A stretch of 64,000 bases of DNA, taken from sequence record DRR723986_6241; one strand, given 5' to 3'. The first letter of the stretch is position 1. Every line of letters begins with the position of its first letter. The notes under the pieces were generated by a model. That model did no database searches and was not told the origin of the DNA. It saw only the letters and a list, made by a program, of their open reading frames with translations. Positions 26,493-36,863 of this stretch are shown here, piece by piece. The position numbers and the translations under genes were made by a program.

Positions 26493-27332
26493 TCACTCCA
26501 CGGAATTCATGTGCGCCTCAATGGCGCCGAGGTCATCGATCTCGCAGCGAACAACATCGCCAGGTTTGAGGAATTGCCTCGGATCCATTGCCGCCCCAAC
26601 CCCTCCCGGCGTTCCGGTAAAGATCAGATCACCCGGTTCCAGCGTCATCGCCTGAGACAGGTGCTCGATCTGTTCCCATATATTGAAGACAAGATAGCTG
26701 GTATTCGACGTCTGGCGCGTGTCGCCGTTGACGTGACAGCGAAGCCCGAGTTGATGCGGGTCGGGAACCTCGTCAGACGTGGTGATCCAGGGACCGATCG
26801 GCGCATGGGTATCGAATGACTTACCGAGACTCCACTGGGGCGTGCGATGCTGCCACATACGCTCTGTCACATCGTTTCCGACACAATATCCGAACACGTG
26901 CGATGCGGCATTCTCGGCTGAAATCCGCCGACCCCTTTTTCCAATCACAGCGACCAGCTCGACTTCATAATCGACGAGAGGTGCAAAGGCCGGCACTTCG
27001 ATCGGATCGAACGGGCCATTGATTGATGTCACCGCCTTTGTAAACCAGACTTGATGCGGTGGCGTCTCCATCTTGCTCTCGGCAATATGGTCGGCATAAT
27101 TGAGGCCAATGGCGAAGATCTTGCCAGGTCTTTGGACCGGCGCCAGAAGCTTCACATTTGAAAGCGCAATCCGCTCGCCGGACCGGGCGGCTTCGCTCAT
27201 GGCGGCCTCCAGGTCGCTCCATCCGGAGATGAGGTCGATCATCGTACCGGGCAGTCCCGTCGCAACAATCTCCTCGCCGAAAACAATGCCTGTCTGCGGA
27301 CCGGCACCCGCGTCAAATGTTGCGAGCTTCAT
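26493..27332 (-). CDS. Fumarylacetoacetate hydrolase family protein
   Basis: IGLNYADH, DYEVEL, GKSFDT and GDLIFTGTPGGVG motifs. Confidence 0.9.
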   Translation of the reverse strand: MKLATFDAGAGPQTGIVFGEEIVATGLPGTMIDLISGWSDLEAAMSEAARSGERIALSNVKLLAPVQRPGKIFAIGLNYADHIAESKMETPPHQVWFTKAVTSINGPFDPIEVPAFAPLVDYEVELVAVIGKRGRRISAENAASHVFGYCVGNDVTERMWQHRTPQWSLGKSFDTHAPIGPWITTSDEVPDPHQLGLRCHVNGDTRQTSNTSYLVFNIWEQIEHLSQAMTLEPGDLIFTGTPGGVGAAMDPRQFLKPGDVVRCEIDDLGAIEAHMNSVE

Positions 27333-28264
27333 GCGTCTTCTCCTGCCATCATGGGATGTAACGGGCCCCACTGGACATTCAGCAGGTCGTGGAAGGTTGC
27401 CGTGTTCGAGCCATCTTCGGCCGTGAACAGATCGCCATCGGTCCAGTGTTCCAGCTCATGCCCCCAGGGGTCCTTCCAGTAATCGAAGACCTGGCTGCCA
27501 AGCACATGGCGGCCGACGCCCCAAGCTGGCGTCCGGCGGGCACGCTTGAGATGGGTATGTCCGCACATGAGGTCATCAAAGTCTGCCACTTCAAAAGCGG
27601 CATGATTGAAGCGCGGCGCGCTCGGCGCCTGCAGCAGGAACAGGGTATGGTGGTCGGTCGGCATATTCCCGCGGTCGCAGCGCAGGAAGGCGCCGATCGC
27701 CATGCCCGGTGCCATTTCGATCTCATCGGACGTGATGAATCCGAACCGGGCCTTGTACCAGGCTTCTGACGTCCGGAAGTCTGTCACTTCAAGCACTGCA
27801 TGACCAAGCCGGACCACGTTGGCCGGGCCTTCGGCAAGGCGAAGGGGCGCCCGCTCCCGGGCTTTGGAGCGGGCATCATTGTGCTTTTCTCCCGGCGGAA
27901 GCGCCAATGGCTGTAAAGGCTCCTGTCCAGCGACGACCTCTACGACATATCCGTCCGGATCGGTCAGACGGACCACATAGCCGCCTCCGGGTGCATCAAG
28001 CGCTTCAAGGTCAGCAGATTCGGCCTCGGCGAGGCGGCGCAGATCGTCAAGACTGGCAGCCCGAAACCCGATTGCAACAAATCCCGGTTCTCCCTGGCTT
28101 GTCGCGTGGAGAAAGGGCGCTGGCCCGGATCCTCGCGCATAAAGTATTCCCTCATCGGAAAGTTCAGGCTTCAGGCCGAACTCTTCGAGAAACGTGCGCA
28201 TCTCGCCGAGATCCGGTGCTCGGAACCGGACATGGGCGATGTCCTCGATCTTGATCGTGCTCAT
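27329..28264 (-). CDS. VOC-family extradiol dioxygenase
   Basis: RLGHAVL, HAAFEV, WGVGRHVLGSQVFDYW and EH motifs. Confidence 0.85.
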   Translation of the reverse strand: MSTIKIEDIAHVRFRAPDLGEMRTFLEEFGLKPELSDEGILYARGSGPAPFLHATSQGEPGFVAIGFRAASLDDLRRLAEAESADLEALDAPGGGYVVRLTDPDGYVVEVVAGQEPLQPLALPPGEKHNDARSKARERAPLRLAEGPANVVRLGHAVLEVTDFRTSEAWYKARFGFITSDEIEMAPGMAIGAFLRCDRGNMPTDHHTLFLLQAPSAPRFNHAAFEVADFDDLMCGHTHLKRARRTPAWGVGRHVLGSQVFDYWKDPWGHELEHWTDGDLFTAEDGSNTATFHDLLNVQWGPLHPMMAGEDA

Positions 28265-28932
28265 GTCGATTTCCTCCTTTTTGTGGGCGCCGCCTGCAAC
28301 GGCAGCTTGGCGAGATCAGGCAACGCGGCACGCGACAGGCTCTGCGCTTCTTTTCGCGGCATGCCGGCCGCCACCAACAGGAGCTCGGCTGTCCGCGTGC
28401 CGGCATTGCGCCAGGTCTGGTGCCCGGCGATCACTGCGCTCATCGCAGCAAGCGTTGTCCCTGCGAGCATGGCGACGAAGGATTTCTCCCGTTCCGGATC
28501 CACCCTGCCCCCGCCGCGGCGCAAGACCAGGCCCGCGTCCCTTACGGGCGGCGCTTCCAGGAGCGCCTGGAGATCGTCATGACCCATGCCGAATCGCACC
28601 AGGAAGAGGCCCCAGTCGCGTTCCTCAGAAGCACGCCTGATGAACAGGCGAAGTCCTGTCGCAAGCCTCAGGGCAGGATCCTCAATCTCCGCGATTGTCG
28701 CCTCGACCCGCGCAATCATCTCCGCCGACAGGTCCGAGGCCACCTCCGCGAACAGGTTCTCCGGGTTTGAAATATTGTTGTAGATGGTGCCCCTTGCGAT
28801 GCCGGCAGCTTCTGCCAGCTCACTCAGCGACACATCCACCGTGCCGCGATCGGCGAAGGTCCGCATTGCGGCTTCGTGGATTTTCACCCTCGCATTTCTG
28901 CGTCTTGTCACTGGCTCGGTGTTTTTCAACAT
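28261..28932 (-). CDS. TetR-family regulator
   Basis: SELAEAAGIARGTIYN HTH. Confidence 0.88.
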   Translation of the reverse strand: MLKNTEPVTRRRNARVKIHEAAMRTFADRGTVDVSLSELAEAAGIARGTIYNNISNPENLFAEVASDLSAEMIARVEATIAEIEDPALRLATGLRLFIRRASEERDWGLFLVRFGMGHDDLQALLEAPPVRDAGLVLRRGGGRVDPEREKSFVAMLAGTTLAAMSAVIAGHQTWRNAGTRTAELLLVAAGMPRKEAQSLSRAALPDLAKLPLQAAPTKRRKST

Positions 28933-28939
28933 TGTTCTA

Positions 28940-28961
28940 AATTGAACAATGGTGTTCAATT
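28940..28961. promoter_or_regulatory. Perfect inverted repeat, probable TetR operator
   Basis: AATTGAACA-atgg-TGTTCAATT between divergent tetR and SDR genes. Confidence 0.7.
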
Positions 28962-29034
28962 GTCAATACCGACTCGAACCGCTACAGGTCCTTCAGGCCT
29001 GTCGGTGGCCGGACCATATGGTGAAAGGAACAAG

Positions 29035-29865
29035 ATGTTTTCTGACAAAACCTGGTGGGTGACGGGCGCGTCATCGGGCATCGGCGCCGCCCTGGCGGAG
29101 GCACTGGCTGCGCGAGGTGCGAACCTCGTGCTTTCTGGCCGCAATATCGGCGCGCTGGAGGATGTCGCAGAAAGATGCGGCACGAAAGTGCTCACATTGC
29201 CGTTCGAAGCCACGGATTTCGATCAAATCCCGGCACTTGTTGAAACAGCCTGGTCATGGGCTGCTCAGACAGGTGACCGCATCGACGGCCTCGTCAACAA
29301 TGCCGGCATTTCCCAGCGCTCCCTTGCCGTGGAAACGGTCTTCGACGTGTACCGGAAGATTGTCGATGTCGACCTTCTGGCACCGATCGCCCTCACACAG
29401 GCTCTGTTACCGCACATGATCGAGGCGGGAGGCGGAAACATTGTCGGCATATCCAGCGTGGCCGGCATCATCGGCGCTCCGCTTCGCAGCGCCTACAGCG
29501 CGGCAAAGCACGGCCTGATCGGTTACCATGACAGCCTGCGCGCTGAGACGGCGCATTGGGGTGTTGAGGTCCTCGTCGTCGCGCCTGGTTCGGTGCGTAC
29601 CAACGTGTCACGCAATGCCCTCGACGCGACCGCGAACAAACGGGGCGTCAGTGACACGGCGATCGAAGAGGGCATGGATCCCCGGGAAGCGGCACGGCGC
29701 ATCGTGGACGCTATCGCTGAAGGTCAGCGTGAACTGATCCTGGCAGAGGGAATCGAAGCTGAAATGGTGCGACTGCGACGCGAAAGCCCGGAGGTCCTGT
29801 TCGACATGATGGCGAAGCTGGTATCTGACGGTTATGCAACCCGTATGGGCGCGTCTGACGAATAA
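29035..29865 (+). CDS. SDR oxidoreductase
   Basis: TGASSGIG, NNAG and YSAAK motifs. Confidence 0.9.
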   Translation: MFSDKTWWVTGASSGIGAALAEALAARGANLVLSGRNIGALEDVAERCGTKVLTLPFEATDFDQIPALVETAWSWAAQTGDRIDGLVNNAGISQRSLAVETVFDVYRKIVDVDLLAPIALTQALLPHMIEAGGGNIVGISSVAGIIGAPLRSAYSAAKHGLIGYHDSLRAETAHWGVEVLVVAPGSVRTNVSRNALDATANKRGVSDTAIEEGMDPREAARRIVDAIAEGQRELILAEGIEAEMVRLRRESPEVLFDMMAKLVSDGYATRMGASDE

Positions 29866-30061
29866 AGACGCCCCCTTTGCGAAGCAGATCCGCACACCGG
29901 AAAAAGTCCCTGATTGAGGCCAGTTGTTTCTCGCAAGTTTCTCCGGACTAACGATTACCGAAAATCATGAATGCCCTGGGGATTTCCCATAGAATAGCGG
30001 GAGAGAATGCGGTTCCGGTTTCTGGTATCGGGCACGATTGAGGGTCGCCCTGTTCGCGCAA

Positions 30062-30664
30062 CTACCTCAACAGACCTCGATTAGACGCCAAAGCCCGACA
30101 GAGTAACAGGCAGATCGCAGCCAGCCAGACTGCGATGACGATGTGATAGAGATGCCAGCTGAGCTCCGGTGTGAGCAGAGGGGATTGTCTCACAACCAAG
30201 GCATTTATCGGAAACAATGCGGCCAGGCCAAACGCCGCCAACCTGTTGCGCACACTCTCAGCCGGCAGGAAAAACGAAGCGACAGCAAGCAGGACGGACC
30301 ATCCGAGAATAAGCGGAATCGTCATTACCGGAAGCATAACGCTTGCAAGAAGCGAACACACAATCACTCCCAGCAGCACCAAACTCACGAGCCGGCGGTG
30401 CAGGTTCGGTGCAAGCATCCGGAGACAGTCCGCGGTGATGAGCCCCATTGCGACGACGCCGCCATTCTGAGATACGAAGCGATGCACGCCAGATAGCTCC
30501 GGCCCGAGGCCCAGTCCAAACCTGAGTGTGCCGAGCGCCGCCGCAAAGCCGAACAACGCCGCTCCGCCTGCAGCGAACGTCAATTGAGAACGCCCTAATC
30601 GCCGCACACAAAGGGCCGTAACGATGACCAGAACCGCTTCAGACAGCGCGTAATGCGTAGGCAT
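30062..30664 (-). CDS. Membrane protein of unknown function
   Basis: About 6-7 hydrophobic segments. Likely co-transcribed with the desaturase. Confidence 0.65.
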   Translation of the reverse strand: MPTHYALSEAVLVIVTALCVRRLGRSQLTFAAGGAALFGFAAALGTLRFGLGLGPELSGVHRFVSQNGGVVAMGLITADCLRMLAPNLHRRLVSLVLLGVIVCSLLASVMLPVMTIPLILGWSVLLAVASFFLPAESVRNRLAAFGLAALFPINALVVRQSPLLTPELSWHLYHIVIAVWLAAICLLLCRALASNRGLLR

Positions 30665-30675
30665 GTCGGGACCTG

Positions 30676-31617
30676 CTATGAACCGCTGGACGTAGCAGCA
30701 GACGAGAAATTCTGGGCGGATGGATTATTCGCAGCGGCTTTGATGTCGAGCGAGGTCAGCCGCGATCCGTCATGGCTCCAGCCCGGCGGCGCAAAGATAT
30801 AGAGGAAGCGGTCCTTCAGGCTCCGTTTCGGCCCGAAGACATCTTTCAGAATCCCCCAATATTCATGAAAGATGATCGTGAGGGGATTGAGCGTGTCGAG
30901 GTCCTTGACCAGTCCGTAATCTGGCTTGTCGGCCGGATCTTCGGCAACGAACGTACCGAACATCTTGTCCCAGATGATCAGGGTTCCGGCATAATTCGTA
31001 TCCAGGTATTGCGGGTTTTTCCCATGATGGACGCGGTGGTGAGATGGTGTGTTGAAGACGGCCTCAAACCATTTCGGAAGCTTGTCGATTGTCTCGGTAT
31101 GCAGGAAGAATTGGTAGATTGCGTTCAGCGCGCCGCAAAACAGAACAAGGACCGGATCAAAGCCAATCAGTACGAGTGGGATTTTCAGAAACGTGGTCCC
31201 GCTGAAATGCTTGGTCCATCCCTGACGGAGTGCCACAGCAAAATCGAAATGCGTACTGGAATGATGCGTGACATGCATGGCCCACGGCCAGCGGATCCGA
31301 TGCGCCATGCGATGGTGCACATAGAATCGCAGGTCATCGAGAACGAAACAGGCGATGACCGAGAAAACCGAAAGAGGTATCGTGGCGATGCGATACTGGG
31401 CGGCCCAGAACAACATGCCGACCGACAGGAATGCCGTTGCCCCGTTGGTAACGATACTCATCAAACCAAGAAAGATGCTGACAAGATCATCTTTCGTATC
31501 CATGGAGCCTCGCGCCTTGAAGACCCGGACAGCGATTGTTTCCAGAATGATCGCACCAAAAAAGACCGGGACGGCCAGAAGTGTGATCTTTGATGCGACG
31601 ATGTCTTCAAGAACCAT
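30676..31617 (-). CDS. Sterol desaturase / alkylglycerol monooxygenase-like membrane di-iron enzyme
   Basis: His boxes HHRMAH, HVTHHSS, FFLHTE, HHRVHH, plus NYAG..IIWDKMFGTF. Confidence 0.88.
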   Translation of the reverse strand: MVLEDIVASKITLLAVPVFFGAIILETIAVRVFKARGSMDTKDDLVSIFLGLMSIVTNGATAFLSVGMLFWAAQYRIATIPLSVFSVIACFVLDDLRFYVHHRMAHRIRWPWAMHVTHHSSTHFDFAVALRQGWTKHFSGTTFLKIPLVLIGFDPVLVLFCGALNAIYQFFLHTETIDKLPKWFEAVFNTPSHHRVHHGKNPQYLDTNYAGTLIIWDKMFGTFVAEDPADKPDYGLVKDLDTLNPLTIIFHEYWGILKDVFGPKRSLKDRFLYIFAPPGWSHDGSRLTSLDIKAAANNPSAQNFSSAATSSGS

Positions 31618-31727
31618 GTGAACTCCCTCCAATGGAGCGCTTTTTCCTGCGCCTGAAGGTTTTGTAGACGGACGCACACATTCTTTGAATTGAATTATTC
31701 AGTGATATTTATTAGCATTTAGAATAT

Positions 31728-32627
31728 ATGACCGACCTCCGCCTGATCCGTCACTTTGAATCTGTCTTTCGCCTCGGCAGCTTTTCGAAAGCTGCCGACG
31801 AGCTTGGCTTGTCGCAGTCGGCGCTGACCAAAAGCATCCAGACCCTTGAAGCAAGTTGGGACGTTATCCTGTTCCATCGCACGACCCGGTCCATCGCCGC
31901 CACGGATGCCGGCAAACGTCTCTACCCCATGGGCGTTGATCTTCTGGCGCATGCTGAGACGGTGAAACAGGAAACGCGTGAGGGCGAACGTGCGCTGAAC
32001 ATTGTCTGCGGCCCGGCGATTCTTGATACACTCATTCAGCCGGCTATCGAAGTGTTCCGGGACGCGTTTCCCCTGACGCGCGTCAGTGCTGAGACGATGC
32101 CTCCGGCCCATGCCGTCGAAGAGCTGATACAGCGCCGCGTGCATCTGCTGCTCTATCACTCAACGACGATTGACGGCCTGCCGCACGCAAGACGCATCAA
32201 GACCGCAGAACTGTTTAGCGAACCTTATGTCGTGGCATGCCGCCCCGGCCATGCCGTGCTCGAGACGGACAGATCGCTGACGTCGCTCCTGAAGTTCGAG
32301 TGGGCAATCGCCGGATACGACCCTGTATTCGAGTCCGGCCTTCCGAAGGATATTCGCGATGTCCTGCTCGCGAGCAACTTCCCAAAGTATCGGCTGCTCA
32401 GCCAGCCAGCCTGCCTGGAAATGACCAGGCGGACTGACATCCTGAGCTCAGCGCCTCAGTCTGTGATTGCCCCCCTAGTGGCGAGCGGGGACCTGGATGT
32501 GTTTCCGCATCCGGCGAACCTGAAATTCTCAATTGGAGCTGCGTCCCTGATTGAAACATGGCGGGAGCCTGTCGTGATGGGCTTTGTCGAAAGCCTTCGA
32601 TCGAGTTGTCAGAAACGACTTGATTGA
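31728..32627 (+). CDS. LysR-family regulator
   Basis: GSFSKAADELGLSQSALTKSI HTH. Confidence 0.9.
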   Translation: MTDLRLIRHFESVFRLGSFSKAADELGLSQSALTKSIQTLEASWDVILFHRTTRSIAATDAGKRLYPMGVDLLAHAETVKQETREGERALNIVCGPAILDTLIQPAIEVFRDAFPLTRVSAETMPPAHAVEELIQRRVHLLLYHSTTIDGLPHARRIKTAELFSEPYVVACRPGHAVLETDRSLTSLLKFEWAIAGYDPVFESGLPKDIRDVLLASNFPKYRLLSQPACLEMTRRTDILSSAPQSVIAPLVASGDLDVFPHPANLKFSIGAASLIETWREPVVMGFVESLRSSCQKRLD

Positions 32628-32634
32628 ACGCAAT

Positions 32635-34146
32635 CTATCCCGCCCCGTCCGAGGATTGGACATCCTCCTTCAACCAGCCCAACAGCGACCTCACCATGAA
32701 TACGCCGGCAATCGCAATTGGAAGGCCCGCAAGGAGTACCGCCGACTGAACCACCTTCAGTCCACCAATAAACATCAGTCCTACCGGGAGTACGCCAAGA
32801 ACCCCCGCCCAGAATACGCGATGCCAGCGCGCGGGATCTTCGCCGGCATGCAGGGATTGCGTGGCCGCTGATGCAAGCGTGTAGCTCGCCGAATTGTAAG
32901 TGGTGGCAACGAAAACCGTGGTCACCGTCACAAAAATAGCGAGAGCGACCTTTCCGAGCGGCAGATGCGCAATGATCGACGCGATCGCAGCGGCTGCGTC
33001 GGCATGGACCATGTCGACCACTGGCAGTGCGCCGGTGAGCTCAAGGTAGAGCGCGTAGTTTCCAAAAACGATGTAGAAGGCCCAGACACCCAGGCTGCCA
33101 AACACCGACATGCCAAGCAGGACCTGACGGATCGTTCTCCCCTTCGAGATACGCGTGACGAAAATGCCAACGAAGGGCGCAAACGCGATCCACCAGGCCC
33201 AGTAAAAGATTGTCCAGTCCTGAACGAACCCGGTTTTCTCTACCGGGTCGGTGTAGGTGATCATGGTGAACATATTTGAGGCCATGTGACCGAGACTTTC
33301 CGTCCCCATGGTCAGAATAAACCCGGTCGGTCCCACGATCAGAATGAACACCAGGAAAAGCAAAGCCAGCCACAAATTGGTGTCGGCGAGACGTTTGATG
33401 CCTTTTTCCAGCCCCAGATAGACCGTCACACCGAACAGACCGACGCAGACCGCAATCACGATCAGATCCATGATTGTCGATCGCGCCACTCCGATGAGTT
33501 CGGCAACACCGGCCGAAATCACCGGCACGGTCAGTGCCAGCGACGTCCCTGCCCCGCCAATCAGGCCAATCATGAAGATGAGATCGATGAGTTTGCCCCA
33601 AGGCGAGGTTGCGCAATTATCCCCCAGTATTGAAGCGCTGAAGCGCAAATAGGGTACGCCTTTGTTGTAGAAGGCATAGGCCAGGGCGACGGAGGGAAGC
33701 CCGTAGATGCACCAGGCACTCACGCCCCAGTGGAACAGGCCATAGCTCGTCGCCCAGCGGATTGCTTCAGTTGACCTCGGTTCTACACCGAAAGGCGGTG
33801 CTTCATAATAATACGTCCATTCGATGCCAGCCCAGTAAAGAAGGCCGCCGCCAACACCGGCCGTAAAGAGCATCGCGACCCAGCTAAGTGTCGAAAAGTC
33901 CGGAACATCTTCTTTCGCACCGAGTTTGATGCGCCCATAGGGTCCAAAGGCCAAATAGGCCGCGACAATCATCGCCCCGATCGCAGCCCACTGATAGATG
34001 ATGCCAAGATTGAGCGCAGTCCAGTCATAGAGGGTAACAATGCTCGGACCGAGCGATTCACTGAACAGGATCAGAGGTACCGAGACGAGCAAGGATGTCG
34101 CAACGGCCAGCGCGAAGACCGTCTTGTCGATTGGTTTGCCACTCAT
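32635..34146 (-). CDS. BCCT-family transporter
   Basis: SWVAMLFTAGVG and WTIFYWAWW..APFVG.F..RISKGRTIR motifs. Confidence 0.92.
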   Translation of the reverse strand: MSGKPIDKTVFALAVATSLLVSVPLILFSESLGPSIVTLYDWTALNLGIIYQWAAIGAMIVAAYLAFGPYGRIKLGAKEDVPDFSTLSWVAMLFTAGVGGGLLYWAGIEWTYYYEAPPFGVEPRSTEAIRWATSYGLFHWGVSAWCIYGLPSVALAYAFYNKGVPYLRFSASILGDNCATSPWGKLIDLIFMIGLIGGAGTSLALTVPVISAGVAELIGVARSTIMDLIVIAVCVGLFGVTVYLGLEKGIKRLADTNLWLALLFLVFILIVGPTGFILTMGTESLGHMASNMFTMITYTDPVEKTGFVQDWTIFYWAWWIAFAPFVGIFVTRISKGRTIRQVLLGMSVFGSLGVWAFYIVFGNYALYLELTGALPVVDMVHADAAAAIASIIAHLPLGKVALAIFVTVTTVFVATTYNSASYTLASAATQSLHAGEDPARWHRVFWAGVLGVLPVGLMFIGGLKVVQSAVLLAGLPIAIAGVFMVRSLLGWLKEDVQSSDGAG

Positions 34147-35702
34147 TCGCCGCTCCCGTTCAATGCGTCACAGAGCGGCGCCATGAAATCACCTGTTGCC
34201 GCCACGCGATCTCCCAGTTCCTGAACCTGATCTGCCCCGGGCTTACGTCGCGGCCAGTCTGGCAGGCTCGGCCCATTGGGGTCACCGGTACGCGCGAAAT
34301 TGGTCCAGTAAGCCATTATTGTTTCGGTCAGCTTGTCGTCGTCGGAGTTGGTCGGAAGCCAGTCATCGTGCGTGTTGAAGACATAAGGGATCTCGGCGCC
34401 ATGATAGACGCCATAGGCGTCGGCGCCTTCCCGCTTGCGCGCGAAGCGATAGAGATAGGCCCCCTCCCCTTGCGCAGCGGCCGCGTCTGCAATGCGCGCC
34501 GACGGACAATGGAACTGCGAGGCGGTCGACAGGACGTCTGAAGTTTCGCGCGGGGCAAGATCCTCAAACATTGGAAAGGACAGCAATGCTGCGCGGCCTT
34601 CGTCAGGATAGTCTGCCAAGCCTTCAGCCAGAACATCTGCGTCTGATCCGTCGATATACATCAGCATTTCGTTGAGATTGCTGCCCGCCATCACATCGAC
34701 ACCGGCGTTAATCTCGTCTGTCTTGCGTACCCAATACCCATCCAGGACCGGCCCATGATAATGATCCACGCCTGTGGTCTTGTGCAGATCGACAAGATCC
34801 TGCCATGGGAGGGCCCGTGCGGCATCGATATTTTTGATGCCGGCTTTTGAAAACATCTCTCTGGCCCGGGCTTGTGCCATTGCAAACGACGGCATGTCAC
34901 CTGGCCCGAGAGCGCCGCTCTCCAGAATGGCACGCTGGAACAGGCCTTCAGCCTGCGGACTTTTCATCAGTGCGTAAATATCCGCGCCTCCGGCGGATTC
35001 CCCGAACAGGGTAAGATTGCCTGGGTCACCTCCGAAGGATTCGGCATTTTCGCGAACCCAGCGTGTCGCGGCAATAAGGTCTGAAATACCATAATTTCCG
35101 GGCGGAATGCCTGACATCTCATCAAATGGAATGGGCAGGAATCCGAGCGCGCCCATGCGATAATTCAGCGAGATCACAACCACGCCCTGAGCTGCGAGCG
35201 ACGCTCCGACATAGTTCGGCTCATAGGCCCAACCATTCACATTGCTGCCACCATGCACCCAGATCATCACGGGCAGAAGCTCTTCATCCTCGCGCTGCGG
35301 CGTCCAGATGTTCAGGTACAGGCAATCCTCATCCATGTGCGTGAGGTCTGGAATGACGGACGGATCATGCCCGAAACCTTCTGCCACCATGCGATACCAG
35401 TTCGGATTGCCCTGACTCTGCGGGCATGCCGGTGCGTACGCTGTCGCATCCACGCGTCCCTGTCGCGCCCTGTGCGGCTCTGCCGGACGCCACCGCAGGT
35501 CTCCGACAGGTGCGGCAGCATAGGGCACACCGAGGTATGCTGCGACGCCAGAATCCAGGCGCAATCCGACCAAAGTCTCACCGCCCGCGACCATGGTTGG
35601 TGAAACATTTGCCGGGTCCGCCGACTGAGGGGCACGGCAACCGGAAAGGCAAGATATCACGCCGATCGCCAGCACCGTGATGAACCGCGCACTTTGCCAC
35701 AT
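34143..35702 (-). CDS. Type-B carboxylesterase/cholinesterase-like lipoprotein
   Basis: EDCLYLNIW, WVHGG, FGESAG and HGAEIPYVF motifs. Lipobox LSGC. Confidence 0.9.
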   Translation of the reverse strand: MWQSARFITVLAIGVISCLSGCRAPQSADPANVSPTMVAGGETLVGLRLDSGVAAYLGVPYAAAPVGDLRWRPAEPHRARQGRVDATAYAPACPQSQGNPNWYRMVAEGFGHDPSVIPDLTHMDEDCLYLNIWTPQREDEELLPVMIWVHGGSNVNGWAYEPNYVGASLAAQGVVVISLNYRMGALGFLPIPFDEMSGIPPGNYGISDLIAATRWVRENAESFGGDPGNLTLFGESAGGADIYALMKSPQAEGLFQRAILESGALGPGDMPSFAMAQARAREMFSKAGIKNIDAARALPWQDLVDLHKTTGVDHYHGPVLDGYWVRKTDEINAGVDVMAGSNLNEMLMYIDGSDADVLAEGLADYPDEGRAALLSFPMFEDLAPRETSDVLSTASQFHCPSARIADAAAAQGEGAYLYRFARKREGADAYGVYHGAEIPYVFNTHDDWLPTNSDDDKLTETIMAYWTNFARTGDPNGPSLPDWPRRKPGADQVQELGDRVAATGDFMAPLCDALNGSGE

Positions 35703-35803
35703 AAGCAATCCTCCCCGTCGGCAAGTCACTAGGGCGGACTTGTCCATAGTCAGGTTTAGGCGCGCGCCGAATGGTGCGGCAAACGAATAAACATCGCCTA
35801 TGG

Positions 35804-35819
35804 ATGAATTTCACTCATG
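35804..35819. promoter_or_regulatory. LysR-type box ATGA-N7-TCAT
   Basis: ATGAATTTCACTCATG, identical to 38587-38602. Confidence 0.65.
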
Positions 35820-36777
35820 AGCCAGACGCGACAGGAGCCGCCATGGCCGCATCAATCAGCGGCGCGAGCGTTGCATCTTCGGCAATCTGTGCTTTCAGCC
35901 AGTCCTGGAACAGACGGATTTTTCGGACGCTCGCACGCTCCTTCGGATAGGTAAGGAACCAGTGCCCGATTGTACGCACGCGCCGCTCGGGGAAGAGATC
36001 GACCAGATGACCTGCCTCAATATCCTCGGCGACATAGGGCTGCATCGCCAGGGCGACGCCCATGCCGCGCGCGGCCATTTTCAGGGCGTGGTCATAACTG
36101 TCAAAACGGAGCCCGGCGTCCGGATCGACATTCCGCACCTTGTTGGCTTCCAGCCAGACCGGCCAATCATTCGCAGACGGGTAAACTTGCAGGATAGGAT
36201 GCCCGGAAAGATCTGTTGGCGAATCCAGGGACTGGCCGTCTGATTCAGCCAACTCCCGGTAGCGCGGGCTGCAGACGGCCAGCATTGTCGGCGAGAAAAG
36301 GTACTCATAGTGAATTTCGTCACGGCGGCGCTGGCCAATCATCAAGGCGAGATCGATCCCGCGTTCAGAAAAGTCTGCATCAACCTGTGAGGTGTTCACC
36401 CTGACCTGGATATTTGGATACGCTTGCTGGAAACCCTGAAGTCGTGGCATCAGCCAGCGGACAGCGAAGGTCGAATACATCTGAACAGTGAGAATATTTT
36501 CTTCCTGCGGACTGAGCAGCTGCTTGGTTCCATCGGCGATCCGGTCAAAGGCTTCCCGGATGACTGGAAAATACGCGGCACCTGCAGTGCTCAGCTCAAC
36601 TGCGCGGGGGGTGCGCACAAAAAGTTCAGTCCCGAGCTGCTCTTCAAGATGTTTGACCTGGTGGGAGATTGCCGACTGGGAGACGCTCAACTCTTCGGCC
36701 GCTTCCCGGAAGGATCCGAGCCGCGCGGCTGCCTCAAAGGCTCTGAGGGCCGTCAGGGGGGGGAGTCGCCGTTTCAT
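35815..36777 (-). CDS. GcvA-like LysR regulator
   Basis: LPPLTALRAFEAAARLGSF..AA.ELSVSQSAISHQVK. Confidence 0.9.
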   Translation of the reverse strand: MKRRLPPLTALRAFEAAARLGSFREAAEELSVSQSAISHQVKHLEEQLGTELFVRTPRAVELSTAGAAYFPVIREAFDRIADGTKQLLSPQEENILTVQMYSTFAVRWLMPRLQGFQQAYPNIQVRVNTSQVDADFSERGIDLALMIGQRRRDEIHYEYLFSPTMLAVCSPRYRELAESDGQSLDSPTDLSGHPILQVYPSANDWPVWLEANKVRNVDPDAGLRFDSYDHALKMAARGMGVALAMQPYVAEDIEAGHLVDLFPERRVRTIGHWFLTYPKERASVRKIRLFQDWLKAQIAEDATLAPLIDAAMAAPVASGS

Positions 36778-36863
36778 AGGGCGCAATCTGACATGAGAAT
36801 TTTTCAAGAGCCAGAGAGGATTTTGCCTTTGTCAGTCAGCGCTATCTCGGTCAGTCTGCCATC

